64,000 nucleotides of DNA from an uncultured Alphaproteobacteria bacterium (GCA_963813555.1 CAWEZX010000003.1:7882-71881), one strand, 5' to 3'. Counted from the stretch's first letter, positions 30,587-41,306 are shown. Notes: generated by a model not told the origin, from the letters alone. Numbers and translations are program-made.

Positions 30587-31847
30587 TCAATTCGCCTTCC
30601 CGTCCCCTTCCAGCAGCCCGGCCTTGCGCAAGCCTTCGACGATGCGCGCTTGTTGCGCAATGAAAGTCGGGTCGTCGGACTGAGGGACGCCTGCCCCGAT
30701 CTGCAAGTTGGGATCGACTTTGCGCAGTTCGGCGACCGCCTGCTTGGCCTCCCTGTCGTGGCCAGCCCAGGCGTTGGCGACGGCGAGCGCGGCGAGCGCG
30801 CCCGCTTTTTCCTTCACGTTATTGGCGAGCGCTTTTTCGCACTATTCGATGGACTGCTCCCATTGCGCTAGATGGTTATAGAGGTAACAAAGATGGACCT
30901 GCCAGATGGGCGCCATGGGATCACGCGGACTAAGGCGCAACGCGGTCTCTTGACCTGCGATGCCGTCTTCGGCGTGGCCTACGAACATCCTATAGGAGGT
31001 GGCGGTCGCAATGGCCCTGGCGTTATTGGGATCGTCGGCGATCGCCGTCTCGGCCTCGGCAATCGCCGACCCCCATTGCGATTTCCTCTCGAACAGAAGC
31101 GCCTTGATCAAATGCGCCTCCGAATCATCCGGGCGAAGGGCCAGGGCCGCGTCGGCTGTTTTGTCGGCACGCGCGAAGTCGGCCGCGGGATCGTCGCTCC
31201 AGCCTCCGTACGGGCGCGCAAGCAGAGCGGTCGCGAGGCCCGACATGGCAGACACATTCTTCGGGTCCAGAGTCAGCGCCCGCTCGAACGTCGCTATGGC
31301 GTCGTTCCGAGTGGATTTGTTGGCCCCGTTAAAGTTCCACAAGGCGGCCCAACCGCGCATCGTGAGATCGACTGCGTCGGGATTGTTGGGCCGCTCGCGC
31401 TTGGCGCGCAACGCTTCCGCCTTGACCAGTTCCGCACCGAGCGAGTTGGCGAGGCGCGCGACAACTTCGAATTGCAGCTTGCCGAGGCTGGTTCGATCGC
31501 CCTCGAACCGGTCGGCCCAGACTTGGGCGCCGGTCTCGGTCGAGATGAGTTGGGCGTTGATCTCGACCTTGTCGACGACACGCCGAACGCTGCCTTCAAG
31601 CACGTAGCGCACGCCTAGCTCGCGGCCGATCACCTTCGCATCGACCGGTTTCCCCTTGTAGGTGAACGCCGTGTCGCGGGCGATGACGAAGCTGTCGGGA
31701 ATATGCGAGAGATCGGTCGTCAGATCGTCGGTGACGCCGTCGGCGAAATATTCCTGATCCGGATCGCCGCTCAGGTTTGCGAACGGCAGCACCACGATCG
31801 AAAGCCGCGGCGCGGTCTTGAGCTTGTCCTCGGCGACTCCGCCTAAC
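30587..31847 (-). pseudogene. TolB-like/TPR adenylate-cyclase-family protein, 5'-truncated, with internal TAG at 30842
   Basis: SIVVLPFANLSGDPDQEYFADG, LGVRYVLEGSVRR, TPRs; ORF 30587-30817 is in the same frame. Confidence 0.85.
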
Positions 31848-31980
31848 GGCATTGTCACATCAACCGTTTTTACAGGTCAGTACTTACCTCTTGGCGGAAG
31901 CCAGTTTCAATAATGTCAATGGGTTATCGAACCAGTCGAAGAGGGTCTGAGGGCCTTTACTTGCTAGATGTGACAATGCC
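31848..31980. mobile_element. 133-bp non-autonomous element with IS6-like 14-bp perfect terminal IRs
   Basis: GGCATTGTCACATC ... GATGTGACAATGCC; no ORF; joins two truncated genes. Confidence 0.75.
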
Positions 31981-32622
31981 CTCGTGGTCGAGGATAGCCT
32001 TGAGCCGCACGACGCTGCCGATCTCGAGATAACGCCGATAGAGATCGCGCACGAAGGCGGCATGCTCCTCGACCACATGGAGCGCCCGGTTCTCGACCCT
32101 ATAGCCGAGGGGAACGACGCCTCCCATCCAGATGCCCTTCCTCTTCGAGGCGGCGATCTTGTCCCGGATCCGCTCACCCGTGACCTCACGCTCGAACTGG
32201 GCGAAGGAGAGAAGCACGTTCAGGGTCAATCGTCCCATGCTGGTCGTCGTGTTGAACGCCTGGGTGACCGAGACGAACGACACTTGATGGGCATCGAAAA
32301 GCTCGACCAGCTTGGCGAAGTCGGCGAGCGAGCGGGTCAGCCGGTCGACCTTGTAGACAACGATGACGTCAATCCGTCGAGCGCGAACGTCATCAAGGAG
32401 CCTCTGTAACGCTGGCCTGTCCATCGAGCCGCCGGAGTAGCCGCCGTCGTCGTAGTGGGTGCGGATCAGCTTCCAGCCTTCATGAGCTTGGCTCTTGACG
32501 TAGGCTTCCGAGGCCTCCCTTTGATTGTCGAGCGAGTTGAACTCCCGCTCCAGGCCGTGCTCAGTCGAGACGCGGGTGTAGACGGCGCAGCGCAGCGCCG
32601 TTTTGCCTCTCTCCGATCTCAT
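31981..32622 (-). pseudogene. Large serine recombinase 5' part, truncated at the MITE
   Basis: YTRVSTEHGLE.EFNSLDNQRE, DDGGYSGG; stops after LKAILDHE. Confidence 0.9.
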
Positions 32623-33275
32623 GGCGACGCCGCCTGCCGACCAGACCGTCGGGCGAAAGCGGCTCCGCCGTCATTGATGGGCGTTGAGACGGCATCGGAC
32701 GCAGCGGTGTCGCAATCCCCTGACCTGCGATGGACCATCGCTGATCGGTCGGACCCGGCCGTCCGCAAGCCGAAGAAGCGATGGCCGTTCCAGCTTGTGC
32801 CTGTCATCGCCTTGGCGACTTGCGACAGGCTGCCGTAGTTCTCGTCATTCCAGGCGAAGCCCTTGTCGAGGATCATCACACGCTCGAGCCTGCCATTCCA
32901 TTCGCGGGCGAGCAGAGCCCCGGCCTTCAGCTTGGTCCCATCCCGCGTTGTCGCAATCCGCGCTTCGAAAGGATGCAAGTCCGATGATCCGAGCCTTCCA
33001 CCCTTCGGTTGGCGCAGGACACGCAGCGTCTCTTTGTCGAGCCCGCCGAACGCCGTGGCCTGGATGCGATAGGCTAGGATCTTCATGAGCAGCCAACGCG
33101 GCAAATGGGCGGGCGGGGTCCCGCCCAAGTGGTTGCGCCATTGCAGGCAAAGTCCGTTCGCGTCGAGATCGACCAGCGCCGCGATCAAGTCGTCGAGGGC
33201 CAGGACGCCCTTGGGTCGCGGCGGCGGGCGAAGCAGACCTTCATCCGCGCCGCGCGTTGGCCGGCGCCTAGCCAT
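32619..33275 (-). CDS. DUF2924 family protein
   Basis: LAYRIQ...GGL, GALLAREWNG...GF.W....YGSLSQVAKAMTGTSWNGHRFFGL. Confidence 0.85.
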   Translation of the reverse strand: MARRRPTRGADEGLLRPPPRPKGVLALDDLIAALVDLDANGLCLQWRNHLGGTPPAHLPRWLLMKILAYRIQATAFGGLDKETLRVLRQPKGGRLGSSDLHPFEARIATTRDGTKLKAGALLAREWNGRLERVMILDKGFAWNDENYGSLSQVAKAMTGTSWNGHRFFGLRTAGSDRSAMVHRRSGDCDTAASDAVSTPINDGGAAFARRSGRQAASP

Positions 33276-33967
33276 CAGGCCGCTTGACGGGCTTGTGGCT
33301 CCGACCCGGCCTGTTCCTTCCTGCGCGCCGTCTCGGAGTTTGCCGGCCCTTCAACGAGGCCGGTCTCACCTGCCGGGATGCGGTAGAACGATCCCCGCTT
33401 ATCGTCTGATCGATCGATCGCGACTGCATAGCCGCGCTTGCGCAGGCCGGTCAGCGCGGCGCGGGTCGTGTGCGCGAGCCAGCCCGTCGCAGCGATCAAT
33501 TCCGCAATGGTCGCGCCATGATCGCGCTCGAGCAGCGCAATAACACGAGCCAGCTTCGAGCCGCCGCGTGGAGCAGACGGGCCTGCAGGACCAGGCTCCA
33601 TCGCTTCTGCGGGTCGAGCGTCTTTGGCGTCCAACTTCGACAGGATGGCCGCCTGATCATGCTTCGCGAGCGCGTCGCTTGCCTCGCCTGCATCCTCAGG
33701 CTCGGCGGCGGCATCGACCGCGATCGCTTTGGCCCCCGTGGCGGTGAGCTTGAGCGCATAGGACGCCCCTGACTCCTCGTCCCGCCGCCAGATTGGACCA
33801 CTCGCCTTGGCCTTGACCTCCTTTACAAAGCGAAGAGAGATCAGCTTACTCGCGACTTTCTGCGCTGTGGCGCCCTTGAGCGTCGGCGGGGCGACGAGAA
33901 AGAGGTCCTTGCGTTGGGCTGCGGCGCCCAGCAGAACGAGCTGCGTATCGGTAAGTTTGATGGACAT
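33275..33967 (-). CDS. DUF3489 family winged-HTH protein
   Basis: MSIKLTDTQL.LL.AAAQR, GSKLARVIALL...GATIAELIAATGWLAHTTRAALTGLRKRG. Confidence 0.85.
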   Translation of the reverse strand: MSIKLTDTQLVLLGAAAQRKDLFLVAPPTLKGATAQKVASKLISLRFVKEVKAKASGPIWRRDEESGASYALKLTATGAKAIAVDAAAEPEDAGEASDALAKHDQAAILSKLDAKDARPAEAMEPGPAGPSAPRGGSKLARVIALLERDHGATIAELIAATGWLAHTTRAALTGLRKRGYAVAIDRSDDKRGSFYRIPAGETGLVEGPANSETARRKEQAGSEPQARQAA

Positions 33968-34134
33968 GGATGCACCCTTCGCGTCTTCGATTGGGGCCTG
34001 GCCAATCCAAGCCCGTCACCGACGCGAGCCCCGGATCGGCGCGATCGCCGGGGCTAAGGGTCTGCCGGGCAGCGCCTTCGCGCCGCCGGAATATCCATAC
34101 ACACGCTCCTTTTCGAACCGAATGCCAGTCCTTT
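33968..34134 (-). promoter_or_regulatory. Conserved leader upstream of DUF3489, copy 1
   Basis: GACTGGC-N6-TTCGAAA-N-GGAGCGTGT plus hairpin 34027-34055; shared with 61111-61270. Confidence 0.6.
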
Positions 34135-34614
34135 CTTCGCTGTCGGGACATGACACTAGCGATTTCGCCCGAGCAGCTGTGATCGCTCATCCTTTTGTTG
34201 GTTTCGGCGTCGCAACCGGCGCGCCCCCGCTCGACATCCCTCGACGGAGACTCGTCGTTTCCGTCGGGAGCTTACGCGTGCCATTTTTGGACTCTGATAA
34301 GTGGGGATTATCCAGGGTTAGAACATCGGCGGGGACGGGCGTTGCCCTGGGTCGGTGGCGGCTTTGCCAGCGCCGCAATTGCTCAAGGTTGGCGTGACGA
34401 GGCGTCGTGGCGCGCGTAGGAAAACGGTTCGCGTCGCGCCGGCGAAGCTCATGACGCTGAGGCCGTGCGCCGCGCTCCGCTGGGACGCGAACTAGCGCAC
34501 CACGCGTATATTGCGGCGCGGGGTACCGCCGCAGCCGACGTGAGGCGGTCATCGCTGATCGGGACGATAGCCGTGGAAGCTCCCTCCGGATCCGTCCGGA
34601 AGGCGAATTTCGCC

Positions 34615-35403
34615 CTACATTCGGGCCCCGAGTTCTCGCTGCCCGAAAATTTTCGATTCTGAGGGATTGAATTGGGGTGGATGTGGAATTTTTGCGCCGT
34701 CAGCTTCATTTCGAGTCAACGGTGAGGGAGGAACTGCCGCACCCCACCCGCTGGCTCCTAAATTGAGATTTCGCGCGCGAGAATCCTGTAGCGGAACGCA
34801 GCCGGTTCGAGGCAGTCGAGACGCACGCCGGCGACCTTGCCTCAACGCGAAGGTCCGGTCCTCCGGGCCGAGGTCCAAACTGTCGCCTTCGGTTTTGCCC
34901 AGCTTGTCGCTTTCCGCGCCGATCGGGCTCAGCAGGAACAGGGTGAGGGACTTCGCGTCCGGCGCCGGGTCGATCAGAAAATAGCCGCGCTCCTCGGCGG
35001 AATCACCGACGTTGACCATGCAGTCGAAGCCCGCTGTCTTATTGAAGTTGGGGATCATCTTGCGGTCGGAGGTGTCAATTCCGGCTCCCTTGCGCCAGCT
35101 GCAACCGGCGCCGATCCGCTTCGGCGCGCCCCGCCGGGAAGTGAGCACGACATCGACTAAGCCCTGCTGGAAGGCGAGGAGGACGCTCTTTGTCATTTGC
35201 TTCGGATGCCGCGCCATATGATCCGGCGAATAGTCGCGTCCGAAACAGAGGATGGAGCCTCGGGCGGAGGTGAGCGGGGAGAGCGGGTCTTTCAACTCCG
35301 CTGAAACGCCGGGTGCGGCTCCGCCCAGCATGGCGGCCAATCCGACGCTCAAGGCGAAAGCGCGGATGCTCGCCCCCGCCCGCGTGGTTGCGGCCCTGCG
35401 CAT
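34615..35403 (-). CDS. Hypothetical exported protein; C-terminus after ~34830 probably altered
   Basis: Signal-like N-terminus, CFGRDYSPDHMARHPKQ; tail is low-complexity read-through. Confidence 0.5.
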   Translation of the reverse strand: MRRAATTRAGASIRAFALSVGLAAMLGGAAPGVSAELKDPLSPLTSARGSILCFGRDYSPDHMARHPKQMTKSVLLAFQQGLVDVVLTSRRGAPKRIGAGCSWRKGAGIDTSDRKMIPNFNKTAGFDCMVNVGDSAEERGYFLIDPAPDAKSLTLFLLSPIGAESDKLGKTEGDSLDLGPEDRTFALRQGRRRASRLPRTGCVPLQDSRARNLNLGASGWGAAVPPSPLTRNEADGAKIPHPPQFNPSESKIFGQRELGARM

Positions 35404-35639
35404 CAAAGTCCTCCACACTTCGTCGGTCGCAAGGCCAAAACTATCGATACGAGACCTGATTTCACGGCCAGGCTGCTGATTTTAATTTTGGACAAGATAT
35501 AGCGCCGGCGCCCTGGCGTCGGTCCCGGCCGAGGGGGGAGTGGGGGGTTGTTGAGGTTCGCCGGAAAATGAGAGCTCCAATTGCCCCTCGCCGTCGCTCC
35601 CCATAAATAGCACGCTGGCGCAAAAACTGCTTGTCGATC

Positions 35640-35745
35640 TCATCCGATGTGCGCAGGTGCTTCCAATGTTCGGCCGGGAAGTCGTAGAAGGCGAGCAGCG
35701 GGCCTCGGTCCTTCTTCAGACATTCCTTGTAGGCACCGGCTTCGA
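35640..35745 (-). pseudogene. IS256-family transposase fragment
   Basis: CLKKDRGPLLAFYDFPAEHWKHLRTS. Confidence 0.8.
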
Positions 35746-35963
35746 CCCGCTCGACGATGGTCTGCATGGGCGGCGACCAGATCGTCCGCCCTGGCCACGC
35801 GACATCGCACGGCGCCGACCCAGCGGACGCGGCGGATGAGTCGGAGGAGGACCGGTAGGCGGCAAAATCCCGCGCAGCTTCGCAAGACGGTTCACGCGCG
35901 TTCGTTGCCGTCGATGGACGGCGGGTGTAAATCTTTCCCGCGCATCGGCGCCGACCGCCCTAG

Positions 35964-37556
35964 CAGCCTGTCGGACTGTGTTTGTGGTTGATCGCCGAGA
36001 GTGATTTTGGCGGTTTGAGGGTCAGCCGAACGTCGGGTTTGTCGAGAAGGGGTTCGGGGTGGGGTATCGGCGTTGGGTGGGGGCCTGTCTGCCGATAGGC
36101 GGCGCGCCGCAGCCTTGTCAGGCCGGGACGAGGGCGAATATCCGCTTGATGTTCCAGACCATGGTGACGAGGCTCCATTCGCCGCGCGCGCCATTGAGGC
36201 CGCGCAGCGAAAACTGACGGAATCCGATCGCCGATTTGATGATCCCGAACACCGGCTCCGGCATCTGCTTGCGCAGCGCATAAAGCGCCCGGCCTGCCGG
36301 CGTCTTCAGCCGATGCGCCATGGCCTCGAGCGGCGTTGGATGTTCCGGCGCTTCCGGCGCCGCTTCGAAGCGCTCGGCCAACGGTGGGTGATGCGGCTGA
36401 CGGCCCATGGCGATCAGCGGTTCGATTCCCGCCTGCTCGCAAGCTGCGACATTCGCCGTGCTGAAATAGCCCATATCCGCCAGCAGGCATTCGGGCTTGC
36501 CCAGCTCTTCGGGAAGAGCCTCGATCTTATCCAGCATCGGTTCGAGTTGCTGCTTGTCGTTGGGCGCCTGGCTCACAGCGCTCGCCACCACCAGCAGGCT
36601 TCCCGCCGCCACGGCGGCCTGGGCGTTGTAGCATTGGTCGAAGCCGCCGCCGGCCACGGGCATGATGCGCGACTCTTCATCGGTCAGGTTGATCTGGTCA
36701 TTCGGGCGCGGCCCCTCGACCGGGGGTTCGGCAGGCTTGCCCCCGGGCTTTTTCCCGCTCGCCTCGGCCTTCGCCTGCCGCGCCGCGAGCTTGGCTGCGT
36801 GCTCCCCCTGTTCGCGCGCATGGCGTTCCTTGGCCCGCGCCTCGATCTTCGCCCGCGCCTCGGCCAGCTTGCCCAAACGCTCCTCGCGCCGTGCCAGTTC
36901 GTCCGGTATCGACATGCCGTCGGGAATGTCCGACGCGTCGGCCGCTTCGGCTTTGGCCATCAGATCGGCGACTTCGGCTTTCAATTGCGCCTCGATCTTG
37001 CCGGCGTGTTCATAAGACAGCGCGCTGTGCCGGCTGGCGTTGGCGTGGATCTTCGTGCCGTCCAGCGCCACCGTCCCCATCTTCAGAACCCCCATCTCCC
37101 GCGCCAGCAGCAGCACTTGAACGAACAGAGCTTCGATCTCCTGGAGAAAGCGCCGCCTGAACGCCGCGATCGTGTCGGGGTCGGGATGATCGTTGGCCGC
37201 GATGAACCGGAACGCCACCGAGTCATAAGTCGCACGCTCCAGCTTGCGGCTCGAAAACACGCCCGTCGCATAGCCATAAACCAGAATGCCCAGCAGCATT
37301 CGCGGATGATACGACGCCGACCCGGAACCGCGATAACGGCCGCTCATCGCGCGAAGATCGAGCCCGTCGACAACCTCTACGACAAATCGCGCCAGATGTT
37401 TCTCGGGAAGCCATTCGTCAACCGAAGGAGGCAGCAAAAACTCGGTCTCGCGATCGATCATGCGAAAATTGCTCATAAAAAAACGCCCGTCGCCCTGCGA
37501 GAATCAATGTTTGATTCTAGCGTAGCCGCAGGCCCGGTGTTAAGTCCGACAGGCTG
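35964..37556 (-). mobile_element. IS1182-family element
   Basis: Perfect 14-bp IR CAGCCTGTCGGACT; CTAG on both flanks (35960-35963, 37557-37560). Confidence 0.9.
36118..37476 (-). CDS. IS1182-family transposase
   Basis: YHPRMLL..LVYGY..G..SSRKLE, ALDGTK..ANAS, YNAQ, ADMGY, EPVFG.IK. Confidence 0.92.
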   Translation of the reverse strand: MSNFRMIDRETEFLLPPSVDEWLPEKHLARFVVEVVDGLDLRAMSGRYRGSGSASYHPRMLLGILVYGYATGVFSSRKLERATYDSVAFRFIAANDHPDPDTIAAFRRRFLQEIEALFVQVLLLAREMGVLKMGTVALDGTKIHANASRHSALSYEHAGKIEAQLKAEVADLMAKAEAADASDIPDGMSIPDELARREERLGKLAEARAKIEARAKERHAREQGEHAAKLAARQAKAEASGKKPGGKPAEPPVEGPRPNDQINLTDEESRIMPVAGGGFDQCYNAQAAVAAGSLLVVASAVSQAPNDKQQLEPMLDKIEALPEELGKPECLLADMGYFSTANVAACEQAGIEPLIAMGRQPHHPPLAERFEAAPEAPEHPTPLEAMAHRLKTPAGRALYALRKQMPEPVFGIIKSAIGFRQFSLRGLNGARGEWSLVTMVWNIKRIFALVPA

Positions 37557-37625
37557 CTAGAGCCGCAGCGTCTGATGAGCGCATTTATTGCGTATGACCT
37601 GGCGACTTCATCAAGGGAGCGGAAC

Positions 37626-38147
37626 ATGCGAACCTGGCGCCTGCCATTGCTCATTGCCACTGTGATTTTTGGCGCATCCGCGGTCTCGGCCGCCGAAACC
37701 CAGATCGAGCGCGGCAAGTATCTCGTCACGATTTCCGGCTGCGGCACTTGTCATACGCCCGGCGTCCTTCTCGGCAAGCCTGACTTGAAACGCTTACTCG
37801 CGGGCTCCGAGGTCGGATTCGGGATTCCCGGCGTCGGCGTTTTTGTCGGCGGCAACCTGACCCCGGACAAGGAAACCGGCCTCGGCGACTGGACGAATGA
37901 GCAGATTATCGCCGCCATCACCAAAGGCGAGACGCCGAGTGGCCGCAAGCTGTTCCCGGTCATGCCCTGGCCGGACCTCGCCCATCTGTCGCCGGACGAC
38001 GCCCAGGCGATCGCCGCCTACCTGAAGAGCCTTCCGCCGGTGAGGAACGCCGTTCCGGGACCCTTTGGGCCCAAGGACGTTCCATCGACGCTGGTCTCTG
38101 TCATCGTTCCTGGCGACGTCTATGCCAAGATGCAGGCGCCGAAGTGA
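37626..38147 (+). CDS. Periplasmic c-type cytochrome
   Basis: Signal peptide, ERGKYL, CGTCH heme motif, NLTPD, MPW. Confidence 0.88.
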   Translation: MRTWRLPLLIATVIFGASAVSAAETQIERGKYLVTISGCGTCHTPGVLLGKPDLKRLLAGSEVGFGIPGVGVFVGGNLTPDKETGLGDWTNEQIIAAITKGETPSGRKLFPVMPWPDLAHLSPDDAQAIAAYLKSLPPVRNAVPGPFGPKDVPSTLVSVIVPGDVYAKMQAPK

Positions 38148-38481
38148 GCGCTCGGGCGACATTGCGGGGGTCGTCGCCCAACTGAAGGGATAGGCCTCAG
38201 TCAATTCATCGGGTCTCAGCCCGGAGGGGCAGCGCGCCCTCCGGATTGAGACAGTCGCGCCCGGCGAACAGCCTGGCGAGCGCGTCGATGAAAATGCGCA
38301 CCTTTGCCGCCAGTTGCCGACGGTGCTCATTTTCATTTCACGTTGCCATTTTCCATCGGCTGGCGAAGAAGCCTCGGCTGCAGGGCATGGGTGGCTGAGG
38401 GCGCGCCAGGTATGCGTACAGAAGAGATTGCACACGTTGGCGAACTATGCAGCAATCGACCTGGTGGGAAAGAGGTCGGTC

Positions 38482-39018
38482 ATGTTGTCCTGGCTACCTC
38501 GCCAACGCGCGAGAATGGAACGCATCGAAGTCGAGGCCGAGACGATGATCAGAGACTTCGGTGCCGACGCTTATTTTGAGGCGTGCCGCAGGGAACATAA
38601 GTCCAGTTCCGCCGCAATCGCGAAGGATTGGGAGCAGGTCGCGCTGGCGGTTGCCCGCAAGGTGAGCAAACGCGTCGACGTAGACCCCTCGATTAGGGTG
38701 GCGATGAACGCCGTCCTCGTTTCTGATCGCGAGACGGGTCCGGTGCGCAAGACGCGAATTCTTGCGGGGCTTATGCCGGCGAAAGGACAGGAGCGCGTCT
38801 TTAACCTGAAGCCAAAGCGGTTCCGAATCCAATTTGCTGGCGCTACGCCAGATCGTGGACCATCGATCTTGAGGGAGGTGGAGATCGAAGCGTCGGATCT
38901 ATCGACAGCAATCATCGCTGCGGCAAATATCGCTTGGCCGCCTCGAACAATCGGATTGCGCATCCTCAACGGCGAAGGCGACGAGGTCTTCAGTCGACAG
39001 AGAGCCGATCGCCGATAG
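38482..39018 (+). CDS. Hypothetical protein
   Basis: GAGG RBS, ordinary composition, no recognised motif. Confidence 0.5.
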   Translation: MLSWLPRQRARMERIEVEAETMIRDFGADAYFEACRREHKSSSAAIAKDWEQVALAVARKVSKRVDVDPSIRVAMNAVLVSDRETGPVRKTRILAGLMPAKGQERVFNLKPKRFRIQFAGATPDRGPSILREVEIEASDLSTAIIAAANIAWPPRTIGLRILNGEGDEVFSRQRADRR

Positions 39019-39212
39019 GACGAAGAAGGATGTTCGTTTAGAGCCGCGTAATTCGACGCCGAATTCAACAAACTGACAGGAAACGTTGCATCAACGCAAC
39101 CCGGGGTGCTCGCGAAACCTTGGGTCCTAAATTCAGTTCCTGTCGAGCAACGCCCACGGCGCCGCGCAGCGCGTCTCGCCTCGACGGCGTTCGTACTTCA
39201 AGGGAGAAGGCA

Positions 39213-39413
39213 ATGAAGGCCGTGCGATTTGACAATTACGGCGGCGTCGAGGTCCTCAAGGTCGTTGACGCGCCGGTCCCCGAGCCGGGTCAGGGCGAGG
39301 CGCTCATCAAGGTCAAGGCCGCCTCGATCAACCCCGGCGAGGCCAAGATCCGCGAGGGCCTGCTTCACGCGCGCTGGCCGGCGACGTTCCCCTCGGGCGA
39401 AGGAATCTATTAA
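39213..39413 (+). pseudogene. N-terminal fragment of MDR/quinone-oxidoreductase-like protein
   Basis: MKAVRFDNYGGVEVLK..P.P.PG.GE.LIKVKAASINP. Confidence 0.8.
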
Positions 39414-39589
39414 CAAGCGAGCCTGTCCCAGTGATCTCGTCCTCAACGGTTACGATCAGCAATGGAGCCGCAAGACCATCCACGGCTGCGAAGCGCGCTG
39501 GAAGGTTTCGCGCTTCCGCAAGAGCTATATCGAAGAGGAGATGGCCGACCCCCAGAACACGCGAGGTCGCATTCATCCCACGGAGACTT

Positions 39590-40881
39590 CGATTGAAAAC
39601 AAGCCCCTCGTACTTGTCTCGAAGTGCATAGCTACGGGCTTTCCACTCATCGGGGGTCTTAATTTCCAAGCCCTCATCGCGCCGGAAAATCCGACGGCCG
39701 TACCGGGCGACGGTCTGAGTGAAAAACTTCTCGAGATCTGGAAGGTCAACTTTCGGCAGGTCCTTACCCACCTGTTGAAAGTCGAATTTCGACACGTTAC
39801 CCAGGAGTTCGCGAACCGTCTCGACGACGTCTCGCCCGCCGAGAGTCGCGCCGGCTTGATCGAACCAGGCGCTCAAGCGCTCATTGGAAAGCCCCTGTGC
39901 CCCTGAGAACAGTTCGTTGAAGAACGAGTTGCCGGTCATTCCGACGACTAACTGCGAGATGTCCTCCTGCTCTTCCATGACAGAGGAAAGGGCAAGCTGA
40001 ATTCGCTCCAATTTTTCGTTCAGAAGGTCCCAGATACGCGCCTCGACGGTTTGGGGGTTCCGCAGAATATAGACGGAAACTGGCCGTTTCTGGCCGTAGC
40101 GAGACAGTCGTCCAACCCGCTGGTGGAGGCGCATTGGATTCCATGGCATGTCTACGTGAACCAGCACAGCACAGCGTTCTTGAAGGTCAATGCCCTCACC
40201 GCCGGCCTCCGTCGACACAAGAAATCTCACCTTGCCCGCGTTGAAGGTATCCGCGGCGTACTCACGCGGTTGGCTGATGGTCCTCGTAAGCCCGGACGCC
40301 TGCTCCAACCCATCAAGCCGCTCGTCGCCGTTGATGAATGTGGCCGAGTCGAAACCGAACTGTCTGTGGAGAGCGTTTACGACCAGTGCCTGGGTCGCCT
40401 TGTACTCCGTAAAAAGCAGGACTGGTTCGTCCTCCGCAAGCTCCCCGCGAATCAGTTCAATAAGGCGCTCGATCTTCGTTTCCTTCCCGAACCCCTCACT
40501 AAGCCCGACCAGTTCGTCAAGCCGCCGTATTTCGTCTTCCATCAGCAAAACTGCCGCGGAGGTGGGAAGGGCTTCCTCGGCCTCGGCCACGTCGTCAAGG
40601 GTCGCGTATTCGTCGTCAGGCAGGACAATCGACGAGTCGACAGTTGAACGGCCAATGGCGTTCGCCAGCATTATCCGACGCTTCCGCAGCGCGCTTCGGA
40701 TGGCCGCAATCGAGCTGGCAGCCAATTTCTGGAGGGTGACGAGCACAAGCATTCGGGCGGTCTGCGCACGACCGTCGAGGGTTCCCGCATACGCGCGACC
40801 ATCCAGAATAAATTCGCTAAGCGTCCGATAGAAAAGCGCCTCCTCCGCGCTATACCCGTACTCGCGACTGTAAACAGACAC
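39590..40881 (-). pseudogene. Internal fragment of SNF2-family helicase (C-terminal RecA domain)
   Basis: LLFTEY..TQ, FLVSTEAGGEGIDLQ, DMPWNPMRLHQRVGRLSRYGQ; N-terminal DEAD domain absent. Confidence 0.85.
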
Positions 40882-41005
40882 TGTCGTCTGCGCCAGTCCC
40901 GCGAGCGCTTCCGCTTGGCGGTCGTCCTCGTTATCTCTGCAATTAACCGCAGGACTTAGGATAACGGCCCCTTATTGTCTGTACTAAAAGAAAACGTATA
41001 TCGCG

Positions 41006-41177
41006 AATTCCCTGCCTGCAGGGAAAACAGCAGGGAATTTCTCGGTTTTGGGCCTATTTGGTGAAAAACGGTCTCTGAACTCACTGTGTTTTCAGGGCGT
41101 TACGACTAAATTCCCTAAGAGTTTGAGCAGGGAATTAATTTGCTGCACTGGGGAATGCGCTCTGCTTGGGCAGGGAA
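41006..41177. repeat. Array of inverted (TT)CCCTG / CAGGGAA motifs
   Basis: AATTCCCTGC (41006-41015) / GCAGGGAATT (41030-41039); AATTCCCT (41109-41116) / AGGGAATT (41129-41136); further CAGGGAA at 41019 and 41171. Confidence 0.7.
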
Positions 41178-41306
41178 GCATCGCGGCAAAAAGCCGTTCG
41201 AGAGTACTGGGTCGCTGGCGCCGCTCTGATGATTTGGTCAAGCGCCGCTGAAGCTTTCGATTGCCTCAATTTGCCCGCAGAGTTTGGTGAACATCTCCGC
41301 AAGTAG

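Noticed and set aside
34110-34130. Sigma54 promoter in the DUF3489 leader
   Set aside because: TGGC is present but there is no GC at the required -12 spacing
39410-39590. Protein-like segment DLVLNGYDQQWSRKTIHGCEARW
   Set aside because: Could be a transposase scrap but not assignable without a search
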